A stretch of 64,000 bases of DNA, taken from contig NC_086097.1 of assembly GCF_963921235.1 (NCBI RefSeq), positions 238,082,001 through 238,146,000 on the forward strand, given 5' to 3'. The position numbers were made by a program, and so were the translations under genes. The DNA is from Mobula hypostoma. Lineage: Eukaryota. The stretch's first letter is position 1; every line of letters begins with the position of its first letter. A model generated the notes under the pieces. It did no database searches. It had not been told where the DNA came from and worked only from the letters and a program-made list of their open reading frames with translations. This document shows positions 1 to 12,905 of this stretch, in pieces.

Positions 1-24
1 TGCTGACTCTGACAACTTCTGATG

Positions 25-1048
25 AGATTGGGTCCATCTAAAGGAGAGCTTGGTAGTCCCTTAATCAGCAGGGGTGGTAAAGGTGTTACGTACCCCGTAA
101 CTGGGTTGCCAAACCAGCAGAAATGGATCACTCAGTTGGAGTCTGGAGTACTAGAACTAAGAAAGTTTTATTAAAGAAACAAGCAACACAGTAATCGAAA
201 GGATAATAAATGCAACAGTTCAGCAATGATAGTCACACATGTGCACAGAATTAAGATCACAGCATCAATCAAGCTCTATCGTTGTCTCGGGGTAAATGAC
301 CAAATTTCAAAGTGACTCAAAGTTCAGTCCGGTTTCGTAGCTCAGTTCGCAGTAATCGTTGCCATGGCGATGGACAACGTGCGGGGAGAGAGAGAGAGAA
401 CAGGAACAACTATTCATACACGGCTTCACTCACAGACCGGCGATATGGCTCACAAGCAACTTTTGGGCGGGTCCTTAGTGATGTCACCTGAGGTCACCGA
501 CTGTGACCCCTCCTCCAGATGTGGTTGATCCTCTGCAGTGAACCCGGCACCCAGGCAAGGGCGGACACACACCGGGTTCCCGCTGATCGTACCTTTCCAC
601 CCTGGTCGTTGTCTGGTACTTATCACCCACTCGTGAGAGGCGCACCGCTTCCAGGGTCTCGTTACCTCGGGTGGCGTGTGTGTCCCTTAGCGAACCGGTC
701 CCTTTTTATCCCCCTGCTGGGGCATCGCCTGTCCATCACTTCAAACAGTTCAAGGTTCAAAGGGGGGAGCCGCTCCAGACAGCTCTCTCTCCCCCGTCCC
801 TTCATTACACATCTCCAAACGCTGCTCCATTGTTCCTTATCTCTCCTTCCCCTGAGGGCAGGTGGCAGACCACTTGCTGATGTCACTGATGCTAACCCAG
901 GCCAGCAAACATCTTAATTTTATGTGTATTCTCGTCACAAAGGTTATGGGGAGAAGGCTGTAGAATGGGGTTGTAAATCAGCCATGATTGAATGGCAGAG
1001 CAGATTTGATGGGCCAAATGGCAAATTCTGCTCCTGTCTTGTGGTCTA
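25..1048 (+). mobile_element. CR1 LINE 3' end, split by a solo LTR
   Basis: Joining 25-83 to 944-1048 restores the CR1 3' end seen many times here (aaaggttatggggagaaggc...cagccatgattgaatggc...gggccaaatggc). Confidence 0.75.
84..939 (-). mobile_element. Solo LTR (Gypsy-like)
   Basis: Ends TGTTACG...CGTCACA (TG..CA, 6/7 inverted match); 4-bp TSD AAGG at 80-83 and 940-943. Orientation inferred from minus-strand AATAAA near 170 and GATAAAAAGG near 705. Confidence 0.85.
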
Positions 1049-1199
1049 GTGGTCAATAGGCCCAAGGCATCTGACATAACAGGCCATTCATATTCAAATG
1101 CAAAGAGTGGAGATCGCAGAACAAGCACATGGGACTAATGTACAAAGTGAGCACGGAAGCTGAAAAGATAAGGGAAGAAAGACTTTGGGAGCATCATGG

Positions 1200-1422
1200 A
1201 GCGTGGAATTCATTGCCACAGCTGGCTCTGGAAGTCAGGATATTGGGCATATTTGAAGTACAGGTTGATAAGTACTTAATTAGTAAGGGTGTCTAGGGTT
1301 ATGGGGAGAAGGCAGGAGAATTGGGCTAAGAGGGAAAATAAATAAGCTGTGATGGAATGGCAGAGCAGACTCAATGGGCTTATGGGCTCCTACATGATGC
1401 CTTATAGTTTTATGGTGTTATG
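1200..1422 (+). mobile_element. CR1 LINE 3' fragment
   Basis: tggaattcattgccacag...gttatggggagaaggcaggagaa...ttatggt tail. Confidence 0.8.
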
Positions 1423-1682
1423 GACAGTCATCGGAATCCAGAGGTGAGCTGATTGGCGGTAGGTTGATCATGATGATGGTTGGCACTTGATTTCATCATA
1501 TTCTTATTTTATATGTTACTCCGTCGCTCTTTTTGATCTACTCCTAAACTTAAACTATTAGCTTTAATAAACTGACACGCTTCGAGACAATGCAAGGTGA
1601 CACACATGACAGCATATTTACATTTCAAGAGCATGCAAGATGTTTCGGGATGTCTTGGTGTCCTGAGAATCTTGTGATCAAA

Positions 1683-1862
1683 GCCACACCAGACATCCTG
1701 AAGATGCTGGAATTCTTCAGCAAAATACACAACATGCTGCAGAACCTCAGCTGGTTAGGCAGCATCTATAGAGGGAAATAAACAGTCAATGTCTTGAAAG
1801 CTTATTTCTCCCTATATACGCCACCTGATCCGGTGTGTTCCTTCAGCATTTTGTGTCTGCTG
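1683..1862. repeat. Inverted pair of decayed Penelope-type terminal repeat fragments
   Basis: atgctgcagaacctcagc...ggcagcatctat followed by its approximate reverse complement (cctgatccggtgtgttccttcagcattttgtgt). Confidence 0.6.
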
Positions 1863-3221
1863 TTATCAATAAGATTTGTTTTAAAGTTTTCACTCAATTT
1901 CTTTCTGTTGGTTGCGCTTGTCAAGTTACATGAATATTAGTTCCTGCTGGTTATTTGTGTCAGTTTATCCTGATTGTTCACCTATTCTACCAGTTATCAT
2001 TAATTTGGAGTGATCTGTTCCAGGTAAGGTATTTCATGCTGTTTGCTTTACACAAGCAAAACTTCGATTGAAGGAGGACGTTTCCTGCTTCATTTATTTT
2101 CCAGAAGCTCAAATAAATTGATGTTAATTTCCATAGGTAAGTCTTATATTGTATCATGCTGCCAAGTACAATACTCAAGGTAGACCAGATAACAATTTGG
2201 CATGGACTAGAATAACTGAAGAGCCAGTTACTGTGCTGTCATGCTCTATGATAGGTTACTCAATTAATTTTAATTCATTCGATTTAATTGAGTGTCTACA
2301 TAGCAAAAGCTACCTTAAGCATTTTTTTTTTAATTTAATTATTCTGCCGAGTTCTGCTTTCACACCTACCGAAATGTCATGGCTTTTGATCTTAAGTCAC
2401 AGATCTTTTAAGGGTTGCATATTATTCCGTTTCCTTTAGTGGCATAAAATAGCTCAGGTAAGGAAGTGACATACAAAATTGTTTCTTCATTGTTGGTGTC
2501 TGATTCAGAAGAATAAACTGATTTAAAAATTCTAATATTGTTTTCAATATTTTGCAACTTGTATCCAAATTGTGGTCCTTTGACATCAACGTCCCTGGCA
2601 TCTTTTACTGTCCATCATCATTTCACCAACAGTTTAATACACTGAGTGGAATACTTCTTGATGGTACCACAATTACTGTTCTTCTGATATCCAACTCATT
2701 TCAAGATTTATATTTCTTCTCTTTGCTGCTGGACACCAGATGATATTGTGGTGATCATATAATTACTAGGGATGTCATGCTGGTCTTCTATAATTTCATA
2801 CTTTGTATTATTAACCCATTACAATAAATCTCCTTCTGAGCAAATTCTCATTAAACGCAAGAGCTAATAAAATAAATTATCACTTCAGTGAAATGCAATC
2901 AGAGCTAGGTTAAAGTTATGACAAAGATTTAGTAATTTTTTTTCATGCTTCAGCTTGACTTCAGTTTTAAAAAAAAAAATCATTTCTAACTTTAAAAAGT
3001 AATACTTCTACTTTTTGGCTGCTTGGAGGAAATTTTCACTTACTCTCTTTCTCGAAGTGGAGCTGGTGCTTGTACTCTGCCAATCCAAAATTATTGGTTT
3101 CTTTAACCCCCATTGGAAAATCGAACAAATATTCATTTCTATGTTATAATCAACTGGGTTTACTCTTGCATCCAGGTGAGTTAATCCTCTGTCTTTTCAA
3201 TTATTACACCATGTTGAACCA

Positions 3222-3722
3222 TGAGACCGTGGTTATATAAGATATATAAATAGAATGAGGCCTTTTAACCCATTGAATCTGCTCCACCATTTCAACATGG
3301 CTGATCCATTTTCCCTCTCAGACCCAATCGCCTGCCTTCTCCCCGTATCCTTTCATACCCTGACTAATCAAGAATCTATCAACGTCTGCCTTAAGTATAA
3401 CTAAAGACTTGGCCTCCACAGCCTCCTGTGGCAATGACTTCCACAGATTCTTCACTTTCTGGCTAAAGAAATTTCTCCTCATCTCTGTTCTGAAAGGACA
3501 TCCCCTATTCTGAAGCTGTGTACTCTATTATCAAGTTCTCCCACCATAGGAAACATCCTCTCCACATCCACTCTTTCAAGGCCTTTCAACATTCAATGGG
3601 TTTCAATGAGGTCATCCCTCATTCTTCTGAAGTCCAACGCATAGAGGCCCAGAGCCATTAAATGTTCTTCATATGACAAGCTGTTCAATCCCGGTATAAT
3701 TTTCGTGAACCTCCTTTGAACC
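3222..3722 (-). mobile_element. CR1 LINE 3' fragment
   Basis: Similar to the plus-strand reading of the long CR1 at 39800-40290 (ttggcctccacagc, ggctaaagaaatttctcctcatctc). Confidence 0.85.
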
Positions 3723-3849
3723 TGCTAAGGACATCAATGAGATTGTGAAGCACGCTGACACTAAGTAAATTCTTCATCTGCTTGCAACATGGAGCAGGGT
3801 TACATAAATAATTTGTCCAATCGCCTTGCTGGGCATAAATGCACAACAC

Positions 3850-4290
3850 AGTGTGGCGTCCTGTGGCAGGCAGGTAAGCCTCTCTGCCTCGTGTGGTGTC
3901 CCTCTCTTTCGATGAATGTCGGTGATATCATAGAATGTTTCATGGTTCAGCATTTATGAACTATCGACTTTTTCAGACTTAGGGTTTTTATCGCCTTTCC
4001 TTTTCTATTTTGTTGTGTGAGGGAGGAGGTTTGGGTTGATGTTCAGTCGTGTTCTGTTTGTCATTTGTGCAGGGGAGGGATTGTTTTTGAATGTCGATGT
4101 TCTTGTTCCATTTTGTGCGGGGAAGAGGGTTTTGGAGGTTGATGATGGAGATGTCTTTTTTTGTGTATGGGGTTTGATGTTTCTCTCTGAACTACTTTCA
4201 TGTTTTTTTTGTTTCATGGCTATCTGGAGAAGACAAATTTCAGAGTTATATATGGATACAACTTTGATAATAAGTGAACCTTTGAACTTT
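3850..4290 (+). mobile_element. Non-autonomous LINE-tail repeat (Rex1-type 3' tail)
   Basis: Ends actttgataataagtgaacctttgaac, the tail shared with Rex1-type copies (e.g. 45740-45780); related bodies at about 15350-15770, 38130-38455 and 62355-62950. Confidence 0.55.
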
Positions 4291-5787
4291 TCCATGAGTG
4301 ACTTGCAGACTCGTAATGCAATTTATATAAAATAAAAGCTGGTTATTGAAAAAAAGAATAATTGAATAGGTGAAAGAATACTGCTTGGACAAGTATATAA
4401 TTTCTGGGATGGAATTATCTTTTCCCCTTAACTTTTTTATTGCTGATCAGTCCTTTGTCAAAAACTAAACCTTATTTATACTAGAATGCTGAATGGAAGG
4501 TACTTTCCCTTTCCCCAGAGAAAAGAAATATTGCGATGAGGCAACAGTCGATAGTGTGTTGCTCAAGTGCATTTGGACATCCCTGATGAACGATAAACAC
4601 TTCTAATGATAGAAACCAAATAGTAGAACTCATTACTTCAGCAATCTGTAGGCAACTGATGATGATCAACAAAAGCTCAAAGAAAATATATCAATCAGTT
4701 AACCTTCGAATATCTGACATTTGAAAAAGTATGGAATGTGCAGTCAGTTACTTTCAGGTTTCCACATTTGACAGATCAACTCTGAAGAAAACTGATACCT
4801 ATTCCTTGTGTGGAATCTAACAGTCCATTTCCAAAGGTCATTAGCTTCTAAAGTCCTTTTGCCTCTTGGGCTGTTGCTATAAGAAGAGATCCTTTTTTGT
4901 GATTTCAGAGGTCAAAAACCTGAAACTGCCACAACTAATAACGTTATTATCTCATCTTCACAGAAACATTTTTATAATGTTTGACTGTACCTCTTCCTGT
5001 AGATGCTACCTAGCCTGCTGTGTTCACCAGCACTTTTTGTGTGTGTTGCTTACATTGTTTAATATTTCATTATCATTATGTTCAACGTGCATATGTTAAG
5101 TGCACTATCGACCTTCATGTGAACATGATAATTCCTGAGGAAGAACACTAGACCAAGGCTTTAGGTGTTTGGGTGTGCAAGAATATTTGTCCTTTTAATG
5201 TTTGATTAACCATCATTGCCCTATATTTAATTAGAGTTCCCGAAGCAATTTACAAGCCCTTTTTATGATATTAGTAATATTTTTTTCTTCTGTCCCAGAA
5301 ATTAGCAATACCAGGAAGCTGGGAACACATCCCCATTATATTAGGATTCTGACTGTGAGACGCTGCCTGAAGTAGGTATAGCAAAATTTCAAAAAGCAGA
5401 ACTTTGAACATCATTTCGCCACCTTCAAAATGATGAATATAGAGATCCCCAGCAAAAATCTCTTTCAGGAGAAGTTGATTTTGACCTTGCGTGATGGATT
5501 GAGCCAGGCGCTGCCCCTCAATGGACCATGACAAAAGTATTCCTTGCACAAATGAGGAAAAAGCCTGCTGATGCAACACACACAATCCGAGCAACACACG
5601 TGAACTGCTGGAGGAACTCAGCGGACCAGGCAGCATCTAGGACAGAGGTACAGCCGAGGTTTCGGGCTGAAACCCTTTGAAATATAACAGTATTTAAATC
5701 ATTTTAAAAGCTGGGAACAGTGGGTAGAGTGAAAGGTTACATCCTGCACTCAAAAGTACATTCATAAACATCCAGTTTATGGATACT

Positions 5788-6720
5788 TCAGAATCAGAAT
5801 CAGGTTTATTATCACCAACATATGTCGTGAAATTTGTTAACTTAGCAGCAGCAGTTCAATGATATAATCTAGAAGAAAAAACAAAATAAAATAATAATAA
5901 TAAATAAATTACAGTATACGTATTCTGAATAGATTAAAAATCGTGCAAAAAACAGAAATAATATATGTATCCGGATGTCCGTCAGATCTTACTCAGTATC
6001 GTTAAAAGTGTACTTAGGCAGCCATCCGGGTAATGCTAGAATAGTTGTCTGAGCCTTTAAGGGAGACGGTGATGTCATTACGCACGCGCGGGATAATGGG
6101 GAGACCATTTTGCTTTCTGCTGAAGATGTGGTAAGACGTTGGGATTGGGTTCTTCCCAGAGCGTGCTGGGCATGGTGAGGAAAGATTTTCCGAGTAAGTG
6201 ACTCAACGGTGGATTGCGTGGTTTGGGCAGTTCCTCACCAGCCAAGTAGGATTGCCACTACTGTATTAGTACCGTATTAGTTCTAGTATTTTTATACTGC
6301 ATATGCAACTCTGTCCATACACAAGGGTGCGGATCGAAAGTTAAACTGAGATTGTAACGGCAAGATCTGGTTGTAAATTTGTTCGTTTCGTTTTGCGGCC
6401 CTCTTCTGGCACTTAAACATCTAAAACAGATAAAGGAGTTAAAACTTGAAAAAGTCTTTGTTGTCCCGAGCATGTACTTTCCCCTAGGCTACATATAGAT
6501 TAAAGAAGTGAGGTCGTGTTCAAGGATTCAATGTCCATTTAGGAATTGGATGGCAGAGGGGAAGAAGCTGTTCCTGAATCGCTGAGTATGTGCTTTAAGA
6601 CTTTTGTACCTGATGGTAACAATGAGAAAAGAGCATGCCCTGGGTGCTGGATGTCCTTAATAATGGACGCTGCCTTTCTGGGACACCGCTCATTGAAGAT
6701 GCCCTGGGTACTTTGTAGCT
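5788..6720 (-). mobile_element. Rex1/Babar-type LINE 3' fragment, interrupted by solo LTR
   Basis: (CAGAAT)n tail at 5789; minus strand encodes KAASIIKD.QHPGHALFSLLPSG; closely similar to 13560-13980. Confidence 0.85.
5966..6493 (+). mobile_element. Solo LTR (Gypsy-like), short variant
   Basis: TGTA...TACA termini; perfect TATA TSD (5962-5965, 6494-6497); same family as 55765-56653. Confidence 0.9.
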
Positions 6721-7099
6721 TAAAGTCATTCATGATGATATTCTTTAAGTAATTCCAACATTATTTTTATTGCACCTTCTCTCTACTTTGACACTTAAAT
6801 GACTGGAAAAATTTTAGCAGCTTGATTTCAAAAAAGGTCATGTTCTGATGTGTTCAATACATGGTGAGTGGTTTGGATATATGAGGAAATATGTGACAGT
6901 CTTCCACCCAACATTGCTATGTTGGCACCTGAGTGTGGAGCAGCCCGCAACACATCTGAAGCTCGTGTTGGTTGCTAACACAAATGACACTGTATGTTTC
7001 AAAGTAAATGTGATAAGTCAATTAATCTGAATCATAATCTGAAATATAAGAGGCTATAAAGATATAAAAATAACAAATGTAGCACTTGCGTTAAAGGAA

Positions 7100-7492
7100 A
7101 AAGAAATAGTGTTCAATTATAATGTGGTGTTCATGACTTTAGTATGTCTCAAAGGCAATAAAATTATTTGTATAGCTTGCAAAATCAGAAACAAGACACA
7201 CTCCAAAGTCCCAGAATCAGCGAAGCAAGATAATCTGCTTTTAGTTAGATTGGGTGAGGGGAAAATATTGGTCAGGACTCTGGGGAAAACTCACATTTCT
7301 TCAGGTAAGTGTTGGGTGATCTTTTACATCCATGTGTGAGGGTAAGCCTGGTTTTGATTTATCTCTGCTGTGAAGAACAGTATCTCCAACAGCACTGCAG
7401 GGGAGAGTTAGCCTGGATCTCTCATTCACATGTCTCACAGGGGTATCGAACCCTTGACCTTTTGGCAGAGCAGTGAGAGTGTTACTGCTGAA
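7100..7492 (-). mobile_element. Ancient Deu-domain SINE (SacSINE1/AmnSINE-like), decayed
   Basis: Matches my recollection of the Deu-domain consensus in reverse (gataatctg...tgaggggaaaatattggtcaggac...gatcttttacatcca) with a tRNA B-box remnant (tcgaaccc) near 7447. Confidence 0.65.
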
Positions 7493-7734
7493 CTTACATT
7501 GGAGAAATGTCAAACACCCAATTGGTTGTAGTATTTTATTAATTATATGTAGAATCAAATAGAGTCCCAGAATACTACAGTACAGTGGCAGGCTCCTTGG
7601 CCTTTCCAGTTCATATCGACCTGATCTTCAACCCAGTTCCATCTACCTGCACCTGGACCATATCCCTCCAAATCCCTCTAATCCATGTACCCTTCTGAAC
7701 CTCTCTTAAACATGTTTAAAGATCTTTATTTTGC

Positions 7735-8400
7735 ATCACTTCACTGTGAAGTGTGCCAGATGTTGAAGAGTGCAAGAGAAGTGAATGCAGTTACTATTTC
7801 AAAAGAGAAGGTGGTCAAAAAGCTGAAGGACCTAAGGATCCATAAGTCACCTGGGCCAGATGAACTGCACCCTGGGCTTCTGAAAGAGGTATCGGTAGAG
7901 ATTATGTAGACATTAATGATGATCCTTCAAAAGTCATTGAACTCTGGCATGGTGCCAAAGGACTGGAAAATTGCAATGGTCACCCCACTCTTTAAGAAAG
8001 GAGGAAGGCAACATAAAGGAAATTATAGACCAGTTGCCCTGTCCTCAGTGGGTGGGAAGATGTTGGAGTCAATTGTTAAGGATGAGGTTATGGTGTGCGT
8101 AGTGACACAGGACTAGATAGGACAAAGTCATTTAGAAATTTCTGTAGCCAGAGGGTGATGAAATTGTGAAATTTGTTAGCACAGACAGCTGTGGAGGTCA
8201 GGTCGTTGGGTGTATGTGTATATTTAAGGCAGAACTTGATAAGTTCTTGATTGGACACAACATCAAAGGTTACGGGGAGAAGGCCGGGAGTGGGGCTGAG
8301 GAAGGGGAGAAAAAGGATCAGCCATGATTGAATGGAGGGGCAGACATGATGATCCTAATGGCCTCATTCTACTCCTATGTCTTGTTGTCTTATGGTTTTA
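7735..8400 (+). pseudogene. CR1 ORF2 fragment joined to its 3' end (internal deletion)
   Basis: KSPGPDELHP, then a stop, then DWKIAMVTPLFKKG...NYRPV; jumps near 8130 to the 3'-terminal region. Confidence 0.85.
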
Positions 8401-9499
8401 TTACTTTCAGGAAGACTGTGTTAAATATTCATTATGAAATAGCAAATGGGAGAAATTGTGCAGATGCTGGAAATCCAAAGCAATGCATACAAAATGCAAG
8501 AGAAACTCAGCAAGTCAGGCAGCATCTATGGATTTTGGGCTGAGACCCTTCTTAAGGAGTGGAAAGGAAGGGGGAAAACAGCAGAATAAAAAAGTGAGGT
8601 GGGGAAGAGAGTGTGTTTATACAAATGATACAGTTATTTTATATGGTATCACATTCAATGGAATGATAATCACTTCCAACTAATTTCCATTATTTCATAA
8701 TCATTCAGAGTACTCTCGCTGCCAGATGTCAAAGTCCTGCTGGATTTTTATGCTGAGTACAAAAAGTGCTGAATAGCATGAAAACATTGGATCTTCTTAA
8801 ATAAAATTAAGTCATTAAGGAAGTTGCCTTAAATATGCCAAACGGTATTAGTTACTTTATGGAGGATTTTTTTAATGCCCGATATAATGTGATCTGATGA
8901 AGGGTCTCGGCCCAAAATTTTGACTGTTTATTCCCATCCACAGATGCTGCCTGACCTGCTGAGCTCCTCCAGCACCTTGTGCATGCTTCTCTAGTTTTCC
9001 ATCATCTGCAGTACCTGTAATCTTTATTAAACACAAAATTGAGCACTTTCATACTTTCAGCATATGTACATTGCAAGCGAGAGCAATATTGAGACTTGTT
9101 TGGCTCAATATATCTTCCAAAATAATATACAGTACACACCCTTTAAGAAGGAAATCTTGAGGGAACATACTGATGTGCTGATATGGAAAAAAAATGGGAT
9201 AAATGCAGGGACACATTTAGTCATTAAATGTCACATTTAGTCCCCTTTAGTAATCGATTGATGAGTGAAAATCATTGTTACTGTTACGAGAAGATTTACT
9301 CTTAATTTGACAAAACCTTTCCCATCTTGTTCTTCATCAGTTGCATCTTTGGAAAGTAACATTTTACACAGAGAGGAAGTATTCTATTGTGGAGGAATCC
9401 AGGACAAGATGGAACAGACTCAAAAGAAAAGATGCAAACACGAGGAAATCTGCAGATGCTGCCTGGCCTGCTGCGTTCACCAGCAACTTTTATGTGTGT

Positions 9500-9790
9500 C
9501 AAAAGAAAAGATAATCCTTTTAGAACAGAGATGAGAAGGAATTTCTTTAGCCAGAGGGTGATGAATCAATGGACTTCATTGCTATGGTTGACTGTGGAAG
9601 CCAAGTCATTGGAAATATTTAAAGTGGAGTTTGATACGTTCTTGATTAGTAAGGGTGTCAATGAATACAGGGGCAAGGCAGAGAACAGGGCTAACACAGA
9701 TAATAAATCAGCCATGATGGATGAGTAGACCAGACTCAATAGGCCGAATGGCCTAATTCTGCTCCAATGTCTTATAGTCTTATGATCTTA
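9500..9790 (+). mobile_element. CR1 LINE 3' fragment
   Basis: PFRTEMRRNFFSQRV...VEAKSL; ggccgaatggcct stem and tcttat tail. Confidence 0.85.
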
Positions 9791-10167
9791 TAGGAAAGGA
9801 CCTTTCCATTCATGCTGACTAAGGCAACTTGTCTTTCAGACTGGAAAATCATTCTTCAATCAAATTCTTTTAAGTAGATTCTTCCAATAAATGATACTAC
9901 CAGAATTACCGTGTTAACTTGCTGACAGATGGGAGAATACACAAAAGGGAAGTCTGGTAGCAATAAATATGGTGAAAAGTGGTATATCAGCTTTATTTGT
10001 GTCTCTTATGAGTAGGCCATTAAAACATTCTAAGACTTTTCCCCTTGTGACCATGGATCATTAAAGACTGATTAATGAACCAAACCACAAGCACTAAGAG
10101 CACAAGGGCACCTTAGATCACATGAGGAACTGCTGCAACCGAAGAAGAGGACAGTACTTCACAATTA

Positions 10168-10400
10168 TATATGCATTTGCATAGCAACACATCACTAAGC
10201 CTACGACTCCTTCAAGCTCTCCACTAAATGAATTATATTTTGGATAGACAGTGATTGTTGTTATACTGGCTGTTGTGGCATCATTGTGTTAGTTAAAAGA
10301 TTTATTTCCAGTTAATCTATTTTTTCTCTGGCACTATTTGTTGAGATAAAAGTAATTGCAATGTCATGGGGAAGATCCCTACTCTTTTTCAAACAAATGT
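10168..10400 (-). mobile_element. Heavily decayed Deu-SINE 3' fragment
   Basis: tgcatttgcatagc...ttgttgagataaaagtaattg...ggggaagatccctactctttttcaaa resembles 7100-7310. Confidence 0.4.
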
Positions 10401-10409
10401 AACTAGATA

Positions 10410-11075
10410 AGAGTCATGGAGCCCTACAGACACAGGGTAACAGGCACTTTGGCCCATCTAATCAGTACTCTATGTACTTCCAGAAATCTGTCTTCAATGT
10501 TGAAACTTAATCCGCACCCACCACTTTTGATTCCACATTCACACCACCTTCAGAGTGAAGAAGTTACCCCTCAGGTTCCCTTAGATATTTTGCCTTTAAT
10601 CTATGGCATCTAGTTCTAGTCTCATCTCAACAGAGTGGAAAATCTAACCTTTTTTCATTTACTCTATCTACAACCCTCATGATTTTGTATACCTCCATCA
10701 AATCTACGCTCATTCTCCTATGCTCCAGCAAATAAAATCCTAACCTATTCAACCTTTCCCTATAACTTGGGTCCTCAAGTCCTGGCAACATCCTTGTAAA
10801 TTTTCGCTGTAGTCTTTCAATCTTATTGATATCTTTTCTGTCTGTAGGTGACCAAAACTGCACACAGTACTGCTAGTTTGGCCTCACCAACATCTTATAC
10901 AACTTCAACCCAACATCTGAGCTCCTATATTCAATACTCTGATTTACAAAGGTCAATGTGCCAAGTGTTCTCTTTACGACACGAGCTCCATGTGACACCA
11001 TTTTCAAAGAATTACAGAACTGTATTCCTAGCTCCCTCTGTTCCACTACACTCCTCAATGCCCTAGCGTTCAATG
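10410..11075 (-). pseudogene. CR1 ORF2 C-terminal fragment and 3' end
   Basis: QFWSP..RKDI..IERLQRKFTRMLPGL; LKLYKMLVRP; frameshifted. Confidence 0.85.
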
Positions 11076-11284
11076 TATTCTGAAATGAAGAAGTGATCCA
11101 GGAGAATGAAAAGTGGAATGGGTTTTTTTTTACACACAGAGAGATGTGGGTGCCTGAAGTGGTGGTAGAGGTAGATAAGTGAGGGAGCTTTAGGAGATGT
11201 TTAGAGAGGCCCATGAATGTGGGGAAAATGGAAAGATATGGACATTGTGTAGGCAAAGGGGATTAGTTTAACATAGTTCAACAC

Positions 11285-12475
11285 AGGAGAAAGGGAAGGA
11301 GGAGGAGACCCGGGGGAAGTGATAGGCAGGTGAGAAGAGGTAAAAGGTCAGAGTGGAGAAAAGAGTAAGGAGGGGAAAATTTGTGTACTGAAGGAGAAAT
11401 TCATATTCATACCATCCGATTAGAGGCTGCCAAGACGGGATATAATAAGATGTTGCTCCTCCACCCTGAAGGTGGCCTCACCTTGGCACAAGAGGGGGCC
11501 ATGGACTGACATGTCAGAATGGGAATGGGAATTCAAACGTTTAGCCACTGGGAAGTCCCGCTTTTGGCGGATGGAGCAGAGGTTGCTCGATGAAACGGCC
11601 CCCCAATTCATGACGGTTCTCCCCAGTGTAGAGGAGGCCGTATCAGGAGCACTGGACAAAATAGTCAACCCCAGCAGATTCACAGGTGAAATGTTGGCTT
11701 TCCTGGAAGGACTGCCTGGAGCCCTGAATAGAGGTGAGGGAGGAAATGCATGTGCAGGTATAACACTTGGGTTGCTTGCAGGGATAAGTGCAGGGAGGGA
11801 GATTAGTGGGGAGGGATCCCTGTGGAAAGTGGAGGTGGGGAGGTAAAGATATGGTTAGAGTGGGATCCTTTTGGAGATGGTGGAAGCTGCGCAGGATAAT
11901 GTGTTGGATGCGGTAGCAGGTAAGATCAAGTGGAACTCATCACTGTTAAGTCGGTGGGAAGACAGGCAGCGCGGATGTTCAGGAAATGGAAGAGATGGGG
12001 TTGAAGGCAGCATCCATAGTAGAGGGAGGGAAACCCTGTTCTTCAAGGAAGGAGGCTGCGTCCTGGGAACAGATATGGCTGAGGCGAAGAAAATGAAAAA
12101 ATGGAATAGTGGTTTTACAGGAGATAGGGTGAGTCAAGATAACCATGGGAATCAGTAGGCTTATAAAGGATGTTAGTTGATAGTTTGTCTCTGGAGAAGC
12201 AGACCGAGAGATTAAGAAAGGGATGGGTGGTGTCGGAGATGGGCCAAGAGAACTTAAGGCCAGGGTGGAAGTTAGAGGCAACGTTGATAAAATTGATGAG
12301 CTCAGCATAGGTGCTATGTCAGTGTAGCAGTGGAAGAGTTGGGAAGTATTACCAGGGAAGATTTTGAACATGGATTGTTCTGCATAGCCAACGAAGAGAC
12401 AGCCATAGCTGGGGCCCACACAAATGCCCATGGCTACCCTTCGAGTTTGGAGAAAGTGGGAAGTACTGGAAGTTA
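11285..12475 (-). mobile_element. Penelope-like element fragment (RT plus GIY-YIG endonuclease), degenerate
   Basis: Minus strand: QTRRVAMGICVGPSYGCLFVGY (PLE RT motif) and FTCESAGVDYFVQCS*YGLLYTGE (GIY-YIG region), then FRVEEQHLI..RLGSL. Confidence 0.85.
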
Positions 12476-12559
12476 CAAGTGATACTATATGAGATAACAT
12501 ATATCAGTGGAATCAAAAGAGGAGACTTGCAAATTGTGGAATGACTCAGACCCATTACT

Positions 12560-12905
12560 TAAATGACTAGAGCAAGGACAAATAAATTTAATACAGTCAA
12601 CGTAAAGTGCTGTGTATAGGAAAAAGGAAATGCTGATACACATGAATGGTTTTGAAATCACAAAGGCTGATGCTTAATGTGACCTAGGACATTTTGTCAA
12701 CTTAATGCAAAATATGTCACTTAAACAGAACAGCAAATCAACAAACTCAAATGCAGAGTCAACTGCAAAATCATATAAAGTATAACAGCAAAATGGTAAT
12801 TGCACCAGTAAGCTATATATATTGTCCAGAACTCAAAAAAATAAGTCAAGATGTTTTTTTTTTACATTAAATTGAAATTCTGGAGCCAATGAACAGAGGT
12901 TTGAT
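12560..12905 (+). mobile_element. Ancient CR1-like fragment
   Basis: Decayed match to the KFN..KCKVLHIGRKN...DLG region (aaatttaatacag...aaagtgctgtgtatagg...gacctagga). Confidence 0.4.

Noticed and set aside
519..917. 132-aa ORF as a gene
   Set aside because: Lies wholly inside a solo LTR; no recognisable domain.
5271..5636. 121-aa minus-strand ORF as a host exon
   Set aside because: Starts in a Penelope repeat; remainder has no recognisable homology or convincing splice sites.
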